DNA from: a virus
Lineage: Duplodnaviria > Caudoviricetes
Virus record (IMG/VR): IMGVR_UViG_3300025534_000028
Span: 1-31,440 of that record
DNA: 31,440 bases
Direction: 5' to 3' (one strand)
Each line of letters starts with the position of its first letter. Position 1 is the stretch's first letter. Below are positions 1 to 9,038 of the stretch, one piece after another. Below the pieces are notes generated by a model. That model had not been told where the DNA came from. It searched no databases and saw only the letters and a program-made list of their open reading frames with translations. A program made the translations under genes and the position numbers.

Positions 1-43
1 ATTATATTTGAATGAAAGTTCTGTTTGATATTAAAAGAAAGGG

Positions 44-250
44 TTGATAATTGTGGAAACTTATGTTGTTATGTTGCATGATAATAATGAATTTTATTTT
101 GATATTCCAATACTCGTAAAAGCAAAGTCAAATAAAGAAGCAGAAGAAAAGGTATCAATATTTTTACCAAATAATATCGAAAATTATGACGATGCGGAAT
201 TTGAAATTGCTTATTCTAAAAAATTATCAGACTTGATGAAATTAGATTAA
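44..250 (+). CDS. hypothetical phage protein
   Basis: 68-aa ORF with TTG start after purine-rich gaaaggg; co-oriented with the operon. Confidence 0.6.
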   Translation: MIIVETYVVMLHDNNEFYFDIPILVKAKSNKEAEEKVSIFLPNNIENYDDAEFEIAYSKKLSDLMKLD

Positions 251-271
251 TGGATGTTATATTTATACTAC

Positions 272-300
272 TTGACAAAATATTAAAATAATATTATACT
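272..300 (+). promoter_or_regulatory. sigma-A-type promoter (repeated phage promoter family)
   Basis: TTGACA-17-TATACT; spacer aaatattaaaataatat resembles the copies at 4102, 8977, 9745 and 10555. Confidence 0.7.
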
Positions 301-305
301 TATAA

Positions 306-797
306 TTGGAGGTGATGAATATTATGTTTTATAAAATAAAAGACAAATATTATTCAATTAAAAATAGTATATGGAATATAATTAGATGGTTTCCTGTAAT
401 ATGGAAAGACAGAGATTGGGATGATTATTATATATTTGCGTTACTTTACCATAAATTTAGCAATATGGAAAAATTCTTTAGAAGTGATAATGCCTATTCT
501 GCTAAAGCATTAGATGTAGCAGATAAAATAAAAGTTGCAAAGTTACTTTGTAAACGAATTATTGATGATAATTATGTTGATAATGCTTTGATACCAGTTG
601 AACAAAAATATGGAGAATTGAAGTATCATTTTGAGCCTACTAATAATGAAAAACTTAAAGCAATGGTTTTTGACGAAACACCAGAAGAAAGTAAAGCTAG
701 ACAAAGAGCATATAGGCATTCTGATTATATGAAAAAACAAGATATAGAATATCTTTTTAAATTATTGTCAAAACACATACAAGAATTTTGGGATTAA
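306..797 (+). CDS. hypothetical phage protein (true start probably ATG at 315 or 324)
   Basis: ORF with GGAGGTG RBS; RWFPVIWKDRDWD segment looks like conserved phage hypotheticals. Confidence 0.8.
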   Translation: MEVMNIMFYKIKDKYYSIKNSIWNIIRWFPVIWKDRDWDDYYIFALLYHKFSNMEKFFRSDNAYSAKALDVADKIKVAKLLCKRIIDDNYVDNALIPVEQKYGELKYHFEPTNNEKLKAMVFDETPEESKARQRAYRHSDYMKKQDIEYLFKLLSKHIQEFWD

Positions 798-831
798 TAT
801 AAAAATATTTTTGATTTAAAGAGGGATAGAA

Positions 832-1488
832 ATGAATTGGAATAAAAAGTCAGAATTAACTTATGGTATTTTAAAAACTATGTATTGTCGTGGAGGAACA
901 GATATTACTGGAGAATGGATACCTTTACAGGGTCAATACTATGATTATATAAATAATTGGATATATAATATTAATCATAATTATCAGGTGAAAATATATA
1001 AACAAAAGAAAGACAAATGGCACTTAATGATATATCTCTGCTTAACTGCTTGTAATTCTGATGAAATAAAATTGTTTGATAATTATTATACTACAAAAAA
1101 AGAAACAAGCAGGATTGCAATAGATTTTATTAAGGAATATGATTCTTCGGAAAAGTCATGGAATGATATAGAAAATTGGAAACAACAACACGCCAAACCT
1201 GTATTTAGAGTAAACGATAATGATATAGTTTTAATAGGAACTACATATAGTTCTATTGGAAGTGATAGAAACAGTAACAAACATTTTAATTATTATAATA
1301 ATGATTTACCTGAATATTCATGTGGTTATTATTATGAATTAAACAAAGATTTGGATAGTGTATTTGCATGGAAATACGATTTGTCTACGTGGGGATATAC
1401 TGCTAGCGGAGTTAAAGATAAAATGTTGATAGACAAAATGATTGATATGATTAAAGACATTCCAAAATATCAGCGATTTAACCAATAG
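832..1488 (+). CDS. hypothetical protein
   Basis: 218-aa ORF, RBS gaggg. Confidence 0.8.
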   Translation: MNWNKKSELTYGILKTMYCRGGTDITGEWIPLQGQYYDYINNWIYNINHNYQVKIYKQKKDKWHLMIYLCLTACNSDEIKLFDNYYTTKKETSRIAIDFIKEYDSSEKSWNDIENWKQQHAKPVFRVNDNDIVLIGTTYSSIGSDRNSNKHFNYYNNDLPEYSCGYYYELNKDLDSVFAWKYDLSTWGYTASGVKDKMLIDKMIDMIKDIPKYQRFNQ

Positions 1489-1508
1489 AATAAAGAAAGG
1501 AAGATTAT

Positions 1509-1661
1509 ATGGTATTAACTGTAAAAGAATTAATAGAAAAACTAAGCCAAATGCCAGAAGATAAGTTAGTTTTCGATGATTATTGTAAATGGTATGGGGT
1601 TAAGGATGTGAGATTAACGGATGATGGAGATGTTTGTTTAGTTTGGGTAAGTAATGATTAG
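1509..1661 (+). CDS. small hypothetical protein, 50 aa (MVLTVKELIEKLSQMPED...), missed by the ORF track
   Basis: Translated by hand; RBS aaaggaag; TVKELIEKL is a common small phage protein N-terminus, similar to 4176..4361. Confidence 0.7.
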   Translation: MVLTVKELIEKLSQMPEDKLVFDDYCKWYGVKDVRLTDDGDVCLVWVSND

Positions 1662-1714
1662 TTTAAATAAAACAAGAATTTTATAATATTATTAAAATAA
1701 AAGGGGAATAAATT

Positions 1715-2095
1715 ATGAGCGCAGATAATGGCATATACATATTAAAAACTAAAGACCAGTATAGAGTTATACATGCTCAAGCTATTGAAAATCTTTATTA
1801 TTCACATCTTAACTCATACAATAGTGAGTTATTTCCTACAAGAATTGTAGAGTATTATGGTGATTGTAGGCATACAAGAGATTTTGATAAAGCAATGAAA
1901 GTAGCTACAGCTATGGAAAGACGAGTTGGATATACAGAATACGGAATCAAAATATTCCACATAAATAAAACATGGAATCAAATTGTAAAAGAAGCAAAAG
2001 AATTAGCCATTAAAGAAATTGAAAAATTTAAAGACGATGATTCTGATTATGGAAAATATCAAAAACTTCAACTTCAAAAGATAATAAATATGTAA
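1715..2095 (+). CDS. hypothetical phage protein (MSADNGIYIL...)
   Basis: 126-aa ORF, RBS aagggg. Confidence 0.8.
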   Translation: MSADNGIYILKTKDQYRVIHAQAIENLYYSHLNSYNSELFPTRIVEYYGDCRHTRDFDKAMKVATAMERRVGYTEYGIKIFHINKTWNQIVKEAKELAIKEIEKFKDDDSDYGKYQKLQLQKIINM

Positions 2096-2143
2096 ATTAA
2101 ATGACAATTTTATTTAAATATTAATATAATATTGGAGGTATAG

Positions 2144-2908
2144 ATGCAGTATTTAGGAGGAAAATCACGAATAGCAGACGATATTAGTACAATTATTAAT
2201 ACATATTCTAAAGACAAAGTTTTTGTAAGTTTATTTTGTGGGTCATGTGCAGTAGAATCAAAGGTTATAGCTAAGAAAAAAATATGTAATGATAGTCATG
2301 AGTATTTAATTGCGTTGCTAACTGCAGTACAAAAAGGATATGAACCGCCAGATGAAATCACTAAAGAAGATTATTATAGAATTAAAGAAAACAAAGATGA
2401 AAACAAAGCTTTAACTGGATTTGTTGGTTTTGGATGTTCTTTTGGTGGAAAGTGGTTTGGTGGATATGCCAAAAATAATAAGGGTACTAATTATGCAAAA
2501 CAATCTAAAAATAGTTTATTAAAGAAAATGAAAACACTTAAAGATAATACATATTTTACAAACTTAGATTATAAACAAGTAGAAATTCCACCTGATAGCG
2601 TAGTATATTGTGACCCTCCATATGCTAATACAACTGGATATTCTAATAGTAATACATTTAATCATCAAGAATTTTGGGATTATATGAGATTATTAAGTCA
2701 AAATAATTTGGTATTTATAAGTGAAATAAACGCTCCTGAAGACTTTATTCCAATATGGAAAAAGAATTTCAAAAGAGTTTTAGATGTTAATAAAAATAAC
2801 ATATTTGATAGTGTAGAAACATTATTTGTACATAAGTCTTTATTATCAAAATATAATTTAAAACCAGTTTATAATATTGATACAGAGAAATATAAAAATG
2901 TTGTTTAG
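2144..2908 (+). CDS. Dam-like (D12 class) DNA adenine methyltransferase
   Basis: YLGGKS N-terminus, LFCGS SAM motif, SFGGKWFGGY segment and YCDPPY catalytic motif. Confidence 0.9.
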   Translation: MQYLGGKSRIADDISTIINTYSKDKVFVSLFCGSCAVESKVIAKKKICNDSHEYLIALLTAVQKGYEPPDEITKEDYYRIKENKDENKALTGFVGFGCSFGGKWFGGYAKNNKGTNYAKQSKNSLLKKMKTLKDNTYFTNLDYKQVEIPPDSVVYCDPPYANTTGYSNSNTFNHQEFWDYMRLLSQNNLVFISEINAPEDFIPIWKKNFKRVLDVNKNNIFDSVETLFVHKSLLSKYNLKPVYNIDTEKYKNVV

Positions 2909-2962
2909 TAATTATTAATATAAAATTACATTTTCATTTAAAATATAAATATAAAAATAGGA

Positions 2963-3784
2963 GTGGTTTGGTTGGCTAAAATAAAAAACGACAAATATTA
3001 TACTCCACCTGATTTGGCTAAATATATAGTAGATAAAACTAAAGAAATCATAGGCGAAGAAAATATTACTGAATACATAGAACCAGCAGCAGGAGCAGGG
3101 GTATTTTTAGACTTTTTAGAAAAAGAAAAAGTACCATATATAGCATATGATATTGAACCAGAAGATGATAGGATTATTAAGCAAGATTTTCTTACTTTAG
3201 ATTTAGAATATAAAAAAGGAAGATGTATAATTGGAAATCCTCCGTTTGGGAGAGGAAATAGTTTGTCTATGGCTTTTTATAAAAAATCAATACATATATG
3301 TGATTATATATCTTTTATTTTACCAATAAGCCAATATCAAAATAATGTTCAGCTATATGATTTTAACTTAATTTATAGTGAAAATTTGGGTAAAAAATTA
3401 TATTCAAATAGAGAGTTGCATTGTTGTTTTAATATATATAAAAGACCCGAAAATGGTTTAAATCAAAAACCAAATTTTAAACTTAAAGATTTAGATATAA
3501 TTGAATATAGAAGAGATGGTAGGGAAATAAAAATACCAGATGGATATGATTATGTTATGGGTAGTTTTGGTGCAGGATGTGTAGGCAAACAGACAGATTA
3601 TGTTGGAAAGTATGCTTTAGAATATTATTTTTACATAAAAAATAAATTCTTAAAAGACAAAATATTAAATATTTTAAGTAATACTAATTGGAAGGAAATT
3701 TCAAAAGGCATATCTGGAACATATAGATTACCACAATGGAAAATTTATAAATATATAAAAGAACAAATTCCAGAAATTGAATAA
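2963..3784 (+). CDS. DNA amino-(N6-adenine) methyltransferase, orphan
   Basis: YYTP, EPAAGAGVF, YDIEP and IIGNPPFG motifs in gamma-type order. Confidence 0.85.
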   Translation: MVWLAKIKNDKYYTPPDLAKYIVDKTKEIIGEENITEYIEPAAGAGVFLDFLEKEKVPYIAYDIEPEDDRIIKQDFLTLDLEYKKGRCIIGNPPFGRGNSLSMAFYKKSIHICDYISFILPISQYQNNVQLYDFNLIYSENLGKKLYSNRELHCCFNIYKRPENGLNQKPNFKLKDLDIIEYRRDGREIKIPDGYDYVMGSFGAGCVGKQTDYVGKYALEYYFYIKNKFLKDKILNILSNTNWKEISKGISGTYRLPQWKIYKYIKEQIPEIE

Positions 3785-3812
3785 AATCTAATTTTGATTT
3801 AAGGGTGATATT

Positions 3813-4115
3813 ATGATTAATGAAAATGAAAAGGTGTATTACATATGTCAACAATGTTCAAAAACATCATCTTGTCAATATTATAAAAACGTTACAGATA
3901 CAATTAAAGAATTTATAGATACGCCATTGAATATTCATTTTCCAATGTGTAAAGATTATAACTCTACTTTGTATAAATTATTTGATGATTTAACAGAAAA
4001 TAGAAACAAATTTATTGATATAAATAATATTTCTAAAGATGATATCGAATATTGGTTTAATGAATATATAAAAGATTATAGCAAGCGTTTAAAGGAAGAA
4101 CTTGACAAAATATAA
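3813..4115 (+). CDS. hypothetical Cys-containing protein
   Basis: 100-aa ORF with CxxC; its last codons (LDKI*) overlap the TTGACA of the next promoter. Confidence 0.7.
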   Translation: MINENEKVYYICQQCSKTSSCQYYKNVTDTIKEFIDTPLNIHFPMCKDYNSTLYKLFDDLTENRNKFIDINNISKDDIEYWFNEYIKDYSKRLKEELDKI

Positions 4116-4130
4116 ATATAATATTATAAT
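4102..4130 (+). promoter_or_regulatory. consensus sigma-A promoter
   Basis: TTGACA-aaatataaatataatat(17)-TATAAT. Confidence 0.8.
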
Positions 4131-4175
4131 AAATTTAGATAAAAGAGAAATTTTATATATTTTTGGAGGATATAT

Positions 4176-4361
4176 ATGAAGGTTAAAGAATTTATTCAAA
4201 AATTAAATGATATAAGCTATAATGATGACACTGAAATTGTGTTTGATTTAAAAAATAAAGATGATGAAACATATTCAGATTATTATTGTAGATCAATAAC
4301 ATCTATTATGCCATTTACGCTTAATGCAATTAGCGTAGAAATTAGTAAAGAATATAAATAA
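4176..4361 (+). CDS. small hypothetical protein
   Basis: GGAGG RBS; 61 aa. Confidence 0.75.
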   Translation: MKVKEFIQKLNDISYNDDTEIVFDLKNKDDETYSDYYCRSITSIMPFTLNAISVEISKEYK

Positions 4362-4446
4362 TATAAAATAATGGTTTGATTTAATATTAAAATAAAACTA
4401 TATAAAGATATACTGATTATTCTAAATGCTCAAAGGAGAGTGTTAT

Positions 4447-4767
4447 ATGAGAAAGTTTTCTTCAATAGAAGAATGGTTAGATTATCATATTGAACATAAG
4501 TGTTATGACGGTTTTTATCCGACAGCTATATTAAAACAAGTAGACAATATTACAAAAGAAGATGTATTAGATGTATGTATAAAATATCAGCACGAAAACA
4601 AATTATCTCCGCTATATGAAGTAAGATGTCCAGAATGTTTTAATATTTTAGGTACATATGAAACAATAAGTCATATTCCAAGTGAATTTGAGTTTTGTGA
4701 ATCATGTGGAAATGAAAATATTGAATCATTAGATAATACTTTCATATTGTTTAAAATATTGCGATAA
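4447..4767 (+). CDS. zinc-ribbon hypothetical protein
   Basis: CPEC...CESC; start moved to ATG 4447 after the aaggag RBS. Confidence 0.75.
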   Translation: MRKFSSIEEWLDYHIEHKCYDGFYPTAILKQVDNITKEDVLDVCIKYQHENKLSPLYEVRCPECFNILGTYETISHIPSEFEFCESCGNENIESLDNTFILFKILR

Positions 4768-4830
4768 TTTTTGTTTATATAAAACAACAATTTGAATTGA
4801 ATTTAATATAAAAGGATTGGTAAATTTATT

Positions 4831-5013
4831 ATGGAATTTCTTAGTCAAAAATTACATCATAACCAAATAATAAAAGAACAATACAAAAACGGAAAAGAAT
4901 TATACATTATAACTATAAACGATAGTAACAAATATGTGCTTTGGCACAACAATAAACAAATAGCATCATCTAAAGATGTAATTGAATTGCATAAAAAAAT
5001 AAAAAATCATTAA
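4831..5013 (+). CDS. small hypothetical protein
   Basis: 60-aa ORF in the operon. Confidence 0.6.
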   Translation: MEFLSQKLHHNQIIKEQYKNGKELYIITINDSNKYVLWHNNKQIASSKDVIELHKKIKNH

Positions 5014-5028
5014 GGAAAGGACGATTTT

Positions 5029-5676
5029 ATGAAAATAGAGAACGAACAAGTATTTGGATTTGAAGTGGCTATTAGAGCAATGAGGAATCCCCTCAATAGT
5101 TGGGACAAAAGCGATAGCAGAATTAAAAGTTGTGATGACCCTTTATATTGGGCTGATAAAAACGCAAATGAAGAAAGGTTTGTTCTTGGCGAAAAAGATA
5201 TGCAATTGTCTCAAAAATTGACTAAAGCAGGAACGGAACATTGTAAGCATTTGAGATTTATTACTGTATGGTTTGATATTACTGCTCCGAGATTTTTTTA
5301 CACCGAGTTTGACACTTATAAACATAAAGAAAACGTAAGTTGTTCAACAATGCATACGCTAATGAAAAAACCTGTATCTGAAGAAGATTTTGAAAAAGAT
5401 AATATACCTGCTTCCCTTATTGAAAAGATAAATACATATATTGACTTGTATCAAGAATCTAATGATGCAGAAGAAAAACGTGAATATCTTATAGCATGTA
5501 AAAACATCTTACCTGAAGGATTTTTACAAAAACGTACTGTATGTACCAACTATCAAACATTATTAGCTATATATACCCAAAGACGACAGCACAAACTCCC
5601 TCAATGACAAGAGTTCTGTAGATGGATTATTAACTTGCCCTATTTCAAAGAATTAACTGGAATTGATAAAGAATAA
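5029..5676 (+). CDS. ThyX-like (FAD-dependent thymidylate synthase-like) phage protein interrupted by in-frame TGA at 5605-5607
   Basis: AMRNPLNSWDKSDS, EHCKHLR, DITAP, EFDTYK, SCSTMH, LPEGFLQKRT, NYQTL. The frame continues HKLPQ*QEFCRWIINLPYFKELTGIDKE to TAA 5674-5676. Confidence 0.7.
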
Positions 5677-5749
5677 AATATTAATATAAAATGGAGGTTT
5701 TATTTTATTATTATGAATACAGAATAAATGGAGGATAAATTTAAAAAGC

Positions 5750-6145
5750 ATGGAAAAACAACTATTGTTTAGATTAACTAAAAAAGACTTTAATATTCAA
5801 TATTTTTGTGCAGGAGGTCATGGAGGTCAAAATATGCAACGCAACGCTACTGCTTGTAGAATAGTACATCCTGCAAGTGGAGCAGTTGGTATTAGCAGAG
5901 ATGAAAGAAGTCAAACACAAAATAGAAAGAAGGCTTTTGAAAGATTAATTAATACACCAGAATTTAAGAAATGGCACAAAATTCAAACTGCAAAAGCATT
6001 AGGTAATTACATAAATATAGAAAAGTGGGTTGAAGATCAGATGAATTATAAAAATCTAAAATTTGAAATTAGTGTTAATGGAAAGTGGGTTGAAGTAAAT
6101 CCTGATGAAATCAAAGATTTAGATTATGATGATTTGGAGGAGTAG
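5750..6145 (+). CDS. stand-alone class I peptide chain release factor-like (GGQ) domain protein
   Basis: AGGHGGQNMQRNATACRIVH and DERSQTQNRKKAFERL match RF1/RF2 domain 3 and ArfB/PrfH signatures. Confidence 0.88.
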   Translation: MEKQLLFRLTKKDFNIQYFCAGGHGGQNMQRNATACRIVHPASGAVGISRDERSQTQNRKKAFERLINTPEFKKWHKIQTAKALGNYINIEKWVEDQMNYKNLKFEISVNGKWVEVNPDEIKDLDYDDLEE

Positions 6146-6147
6146 TT

Positions 6148-6378
6148 GTGAAATTATTTAATTTTAAATATGAAAGAATACTTAACAGAGTAAAAGAATA
6201 TGCTACAAAAGATGGATATACTGAAGAAGAATTAGAATATCCTTATTTAGATAAATTAAGTCATCAAACAAAATCACCTAAAATTATGAGAATGGTTAAA
6301 CTAGCTTATTATTTAGGTTGGATGAGAGGTATTAAATATTATGATGAAATGTTGAATACTAAAATAACATTAGAATAA
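6148..6378 (+). CDS. hypothetical protein
   Basis: GGAGG RBS; GTG start; 76 aa. Confidence 0.7.
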   Translation: MKLFNFKYERILNRVKEYATKDGYTEEELEYPYLDKLSHQTKSPKIMRMVKLAYYLGWMRGIKYYDEMLNTKITLE

Positions 6379-6453
6379 AAGGATAGATATATATTTAATG
6401 TAATGGAGGTATAGAACAGTTAATAAAAAGTTATAAAAAGTTATAAATTAATG

Positions 6454-6482
6454 TTGACGTTTATAATTTAGTATAGTATAAT
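6454..6482 (+). promoter_or_regulatory. IS607 tnpA promoter
   Basis: TTGACG-17-TATAAT upstream of the GAGGTG RBS. Confidence 0.7.
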
Positions 6483-6492
6483 ACAATTAGAG

Positions 6493-7119
6493 GTGGTTAA
6501 TGTGAAGTATTATACTATACATGAGTTTTCTAAATTAGTTGGGAAAACTCCTCAAACATTAAGAAACTGGGACAAAAAAGGATTACTTATTCCACATCAT
6601 ACAGGTGCTAATGGATATAGATATTATTCGCATGACCAATTAAAACAAGTATTAAATATTAAAGAAGATAAAAAATCAAAAGTTATTATAGGATATTGTC
6701 GAGTATCTTCGTATAAACAAAAAGACGATTTACAACGACAAGTTGAAAACATGAAATTATATTTAGGCAAACAAAATAAAAATTATGAAATAATCGAAGA
6801 TATAGGCAGCGGAATTAATTATACTAAAAAGGGATTAAGAACATTATTAAGAAAAATAGTTAATGATGAAGTTGAAAAAGTGGTCGTTCTTTATAAAGAC
6901 AGGTTATTAAGGTTTGGTTTTGAGTTAGTGGAGTATATAGCTAATCTGTATGGATGTGAAATTGAAGTAATAGATAGTACAGAAAAAACGGAACAGCAAG
7001 AACTTGTTGAAGATTTAGTGCAAATAATAACTGTATTTTCTTGTAAACTTCAAGGTAAAAGAGCAAACAAAGCACGTAAAATGATTGAGGAGTTGACCGA
7101 AGATGATAAAGACAATTAG
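6493..7119 (+). CDS. tnpA: IS607 serine transposase (MerR-type HTH + resolvase domain)
   Basis: TLRNWD HTH, GYCRVSS catalytic Ser, DIGSG, DRLLRFGF, ELVEDL. Confidence 0.95.
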   Translation: MVNVKYYTIHEFSKLVGKTPQTLRNWDKKGLLIPHHTGANGYRYYSHDQLKQVLNIKEDKKSKVIIGYCRVSSYKQKDDLQRQVENMKLYLGKQNKNYEIIEDIGSGINYTKKGLRTLLRKIVNDEVEKVVVLYKDRLLRFGFELVEYIANLYGCEIEVIDSTEKTEQQELVEDLVQIITVFSCKLQGKRANKARKMIEELTEDDKDN

Positions 7120-8317
7120 AGTACAATTATTACCTAACAATAAACAAAAGACTTTATTAAAGAAATGTGCAGATGTAGCACGATGGGCTTATAATTGGGC
7201 TTTATCGAAGCAATTAGAAAATTTTAAAAACGGTGGCAAGTTTATAAACGATGAAGAGTTAAGAAAGGAACTAACACAACTAAAGAAAAATCCTGAATAT
7301 AATTGGTTAAATGAAGTTTCAGCACAAATACCAAAACAAGCAATAAAGGATTTATGCATAGCTTATAAAAACTTTTTCAGAATAGAAAATAAACATTATT
7401 CTGAAAAAACTAAGAAAAAAGCATTAAGACAAGGTAGACAATTGACAGTTTATGATTTAGAAGGACATCCAAAATTTAAAAGCAAAAAAGATGTACAACA
7501 AGGGTTTTATCACAGAGAAGATTTAGGACATTTAAAATTTAAAGGTGATAAAGTAAAACTTGAAAAGATAGGATGGATTAAATTATCTGAAAATAGAATC
7601 GAATTACAAACAGCGGAAAAATTTTATAATCCAAGAATAAAATTTGATGGTTTTAATTGGTTTATAACCGTAGGTATTGATTATAAACCTACCAACAACC
7701 AAAAGTATTCAGATGGAATAGGCATTGACTTAGGAGTTAAAGATTTAGCAGTAATTAATGATGGCAGAAAAATACCCAACATTAACAAGAGTCAAGAAAT
7801 AAGAAGATTGAACAAAAAATTAAAAAGGCTCCAACGTAAATTATCAAGAAAATATGAAAAACAAAAAGAAGGAGGTGTAAACCGTTATAAGAAAACTAAA
7901 AATATAATCAAGTTGGAGTGCCTTATTCGTAAAGTCCATAAAAAAATAAAAGACATTCGTACAAATTATTTACATCAAGAAACTGCTAAACTGGTGAAAG
8001 CCAAGCCAGAGTTTGTGTGTATGGAAAATTTAAATATTAAAGGTATGGTTAAAAACCATAAATTAGCAAAATCCATACAAGAACAAACATTTAGCGAGTT
8101 TCGCAGAATAATAGAATATAAATGTAAATGGAACAATATTAGATTTATAGTAGCAGACAGGTATTATCCATCAAGCAAGACATGTAGTGAATGTGGATAT
8201 ATTTTAGATAAATTATCTTTATCGACAAGAAAATGGATATGTCCTGAGTGTGGAGTAATACATGATAGAGATGTAAATGCAGCTATAAATCTAATGAAAT
8301 ATGGTAAATCAGCATAA
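7103..8317 (+). CDS. tnpB: IS607-associated RNA-guided endonuclease TnpB
   Basis: RuvC residues GIDLG, MENL and HDRD all intact; Zn finger CSEC/CPEC. Confidence 0.95.
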   Translation: MIKTIRVQLLPNNKQKTLLKKCADVARWAYNWALSKQLENFKNGGKFINDEELRKELTQLKKNPEYNWLNEVSAQIPKQAIKDLCIAYKNFFRIENKHYSEKTKKKALRQGRQLTVYDLEGHPKFKSKKDVQQGFYHREDLGHLKFKGDKVKLEKIGWIKLSENRIELQTAEKFYNPRIKFDGFNWFITVGIDYKPTNNQKYSDGIGIDLGVKDLAVINDGRKIPNINKSQEIRRLNKKLKRLQRKLSRKYEKQKEGGVNRYKKTKNIIKLECLIRKVHKKIKDIRTNYLHQETAKLVKAKPEFVCMENLNIKGMVKNHKLAKSIQEQTFSEFRRIIEYKCKWNNIRFIVADRYYPSSKTCSECGYILDKLSLSTRKWICPECGVIHDRDVNAAINLMKYGKSA

Positions 8318-8500
8318 TTCACTTAACGGATTATGTTGGTGTGTACGGTGTCGTTACATCGGAATTTAAGCCTTTGGAGAGTCATACCAAACGCAAGTAG
8401 GATTCCGAAAGCGGACTCTATGAATAAGGAAAAGAACATAAAAGTTATAAAATTTATAACTTTTTATAAGTTTCTTATAACGGATATATGAAACCTTTTA
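8318..8500 (+). ncRNA. predicted omegaRNA (right-end RNA) of the IS607 TnpB; guide = flank starting at 8484
   Basis: Non-coding, GC-richer stretch between the tnpB stop and the element end, with pairings such as agagtc/gactct; position follows the known TnpB omegaRNA arrangement. Boundaries approximate. Confidence 0.65.
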
Positions 8501-8667
8501 ATTATGACAAAATGGATAAACTAATAAAAGATAATCCATTTTTAGAATATTTATTTGAAGAAAGCTATTTGCTTTATGATACATATGAAGATTGTTATAA
8601 AGATATTTATGAATGTATTGTAGGAAATAAATATTATGAAACGCAGTATAATAATTTATTTAATTAA
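8488..8667 (+). CDS. 59-aa hypothetical protein separated from its RBS by the IS607
   Basis: Hand translation MKPFNYDKMDKLIKDNPFLE...; removing the IS restores GGAGG-atat-ATG. Confidence 0.65.
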   Translation: MKPFNYDKMDKLIKDNPFLEYLFEESYLLYDTYEDCYKDIYECIVGNKYYETQYNNLFN

Positions 8668-8689
8668 TTTGGAGGTTGGTAACGAAGTT

Positions 8690-8905
8690 ATGAGTAAAAT
8701 AATCTGTAATTTAAAATATAAAGACCTTTATGCAATTAAACATGCTTTACAAACTCAAATAAGAATAAAAAAATCAAAAATTAAAAAATTTGAGAAAGAA
8801 ATAGGTAAAACAGAAGAAATTCAAAAGTTAAAAAAGGACATTAAACAAGAAGAAAAGATTTTAGAATATGTAATTGAAAAAATAAAATACATGAAAGGTT
8901 TATAA
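8690..8905 (+). CDS. hypothetical coiled-coil protein
   Basis: GGAGG at 8671 favours a start at or near ATG 8690 rather than 8636. Confidence 0.65.
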   Translation: MSKIICNLKYKDLYAIKHALQTQIRIKKSKIKKFEKEIGKTEEIQKLKKDIKQEEKILEYVIEKIKYMKGL

Positions 8906-8976
8906 AATAAAACTTTCATTTGATTTATATATTAGGAGAGATTTTATGAACAATTCAAAGAATTTGAGAAAAATGC

Positions 8977-9005
8977 TTGACAAAATATAAATATAATATT
9001 AAAAT
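8977..9005 (+). promoter_or_regulatory. sigma-A promoter (repeated family)
   Basis: TTGACA-aaatataaatataatat-TAAAAT. Confidence 0.7.
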
Positions 9006-9038
9006 AAAATTGTACCAAAAAAAACAAAAGAAAGGCAG

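Larger units (their letters stand above)
6408..8483 (+). mobile_element. IS607-family insertion sequence (tnpA + tnpB)
   Basis: Serine transposase plus TnpB; repeated AAAAGTTATAA motifs at both ends (6425-6447, 8450-8481); GG at both junctions (6408-6409, 8482-8483); no target duplication. Confidence 0.9.

Noticed and set aside
1843-1860. Partial match of the TnpB guide (ttttgtagaatattatg) to aattgtagagtattatg
   Set aside because: Mismatches at the TAM-proximal positions and no adjacent TTTAT; expected by chance in AT-rich DNA.
6408-8483. IStron (group I intron fused to IS607)
   Set aside because: Only about 85 bp separate the left end from tnpA, too little for an intron core, and the insertion is intergenic.
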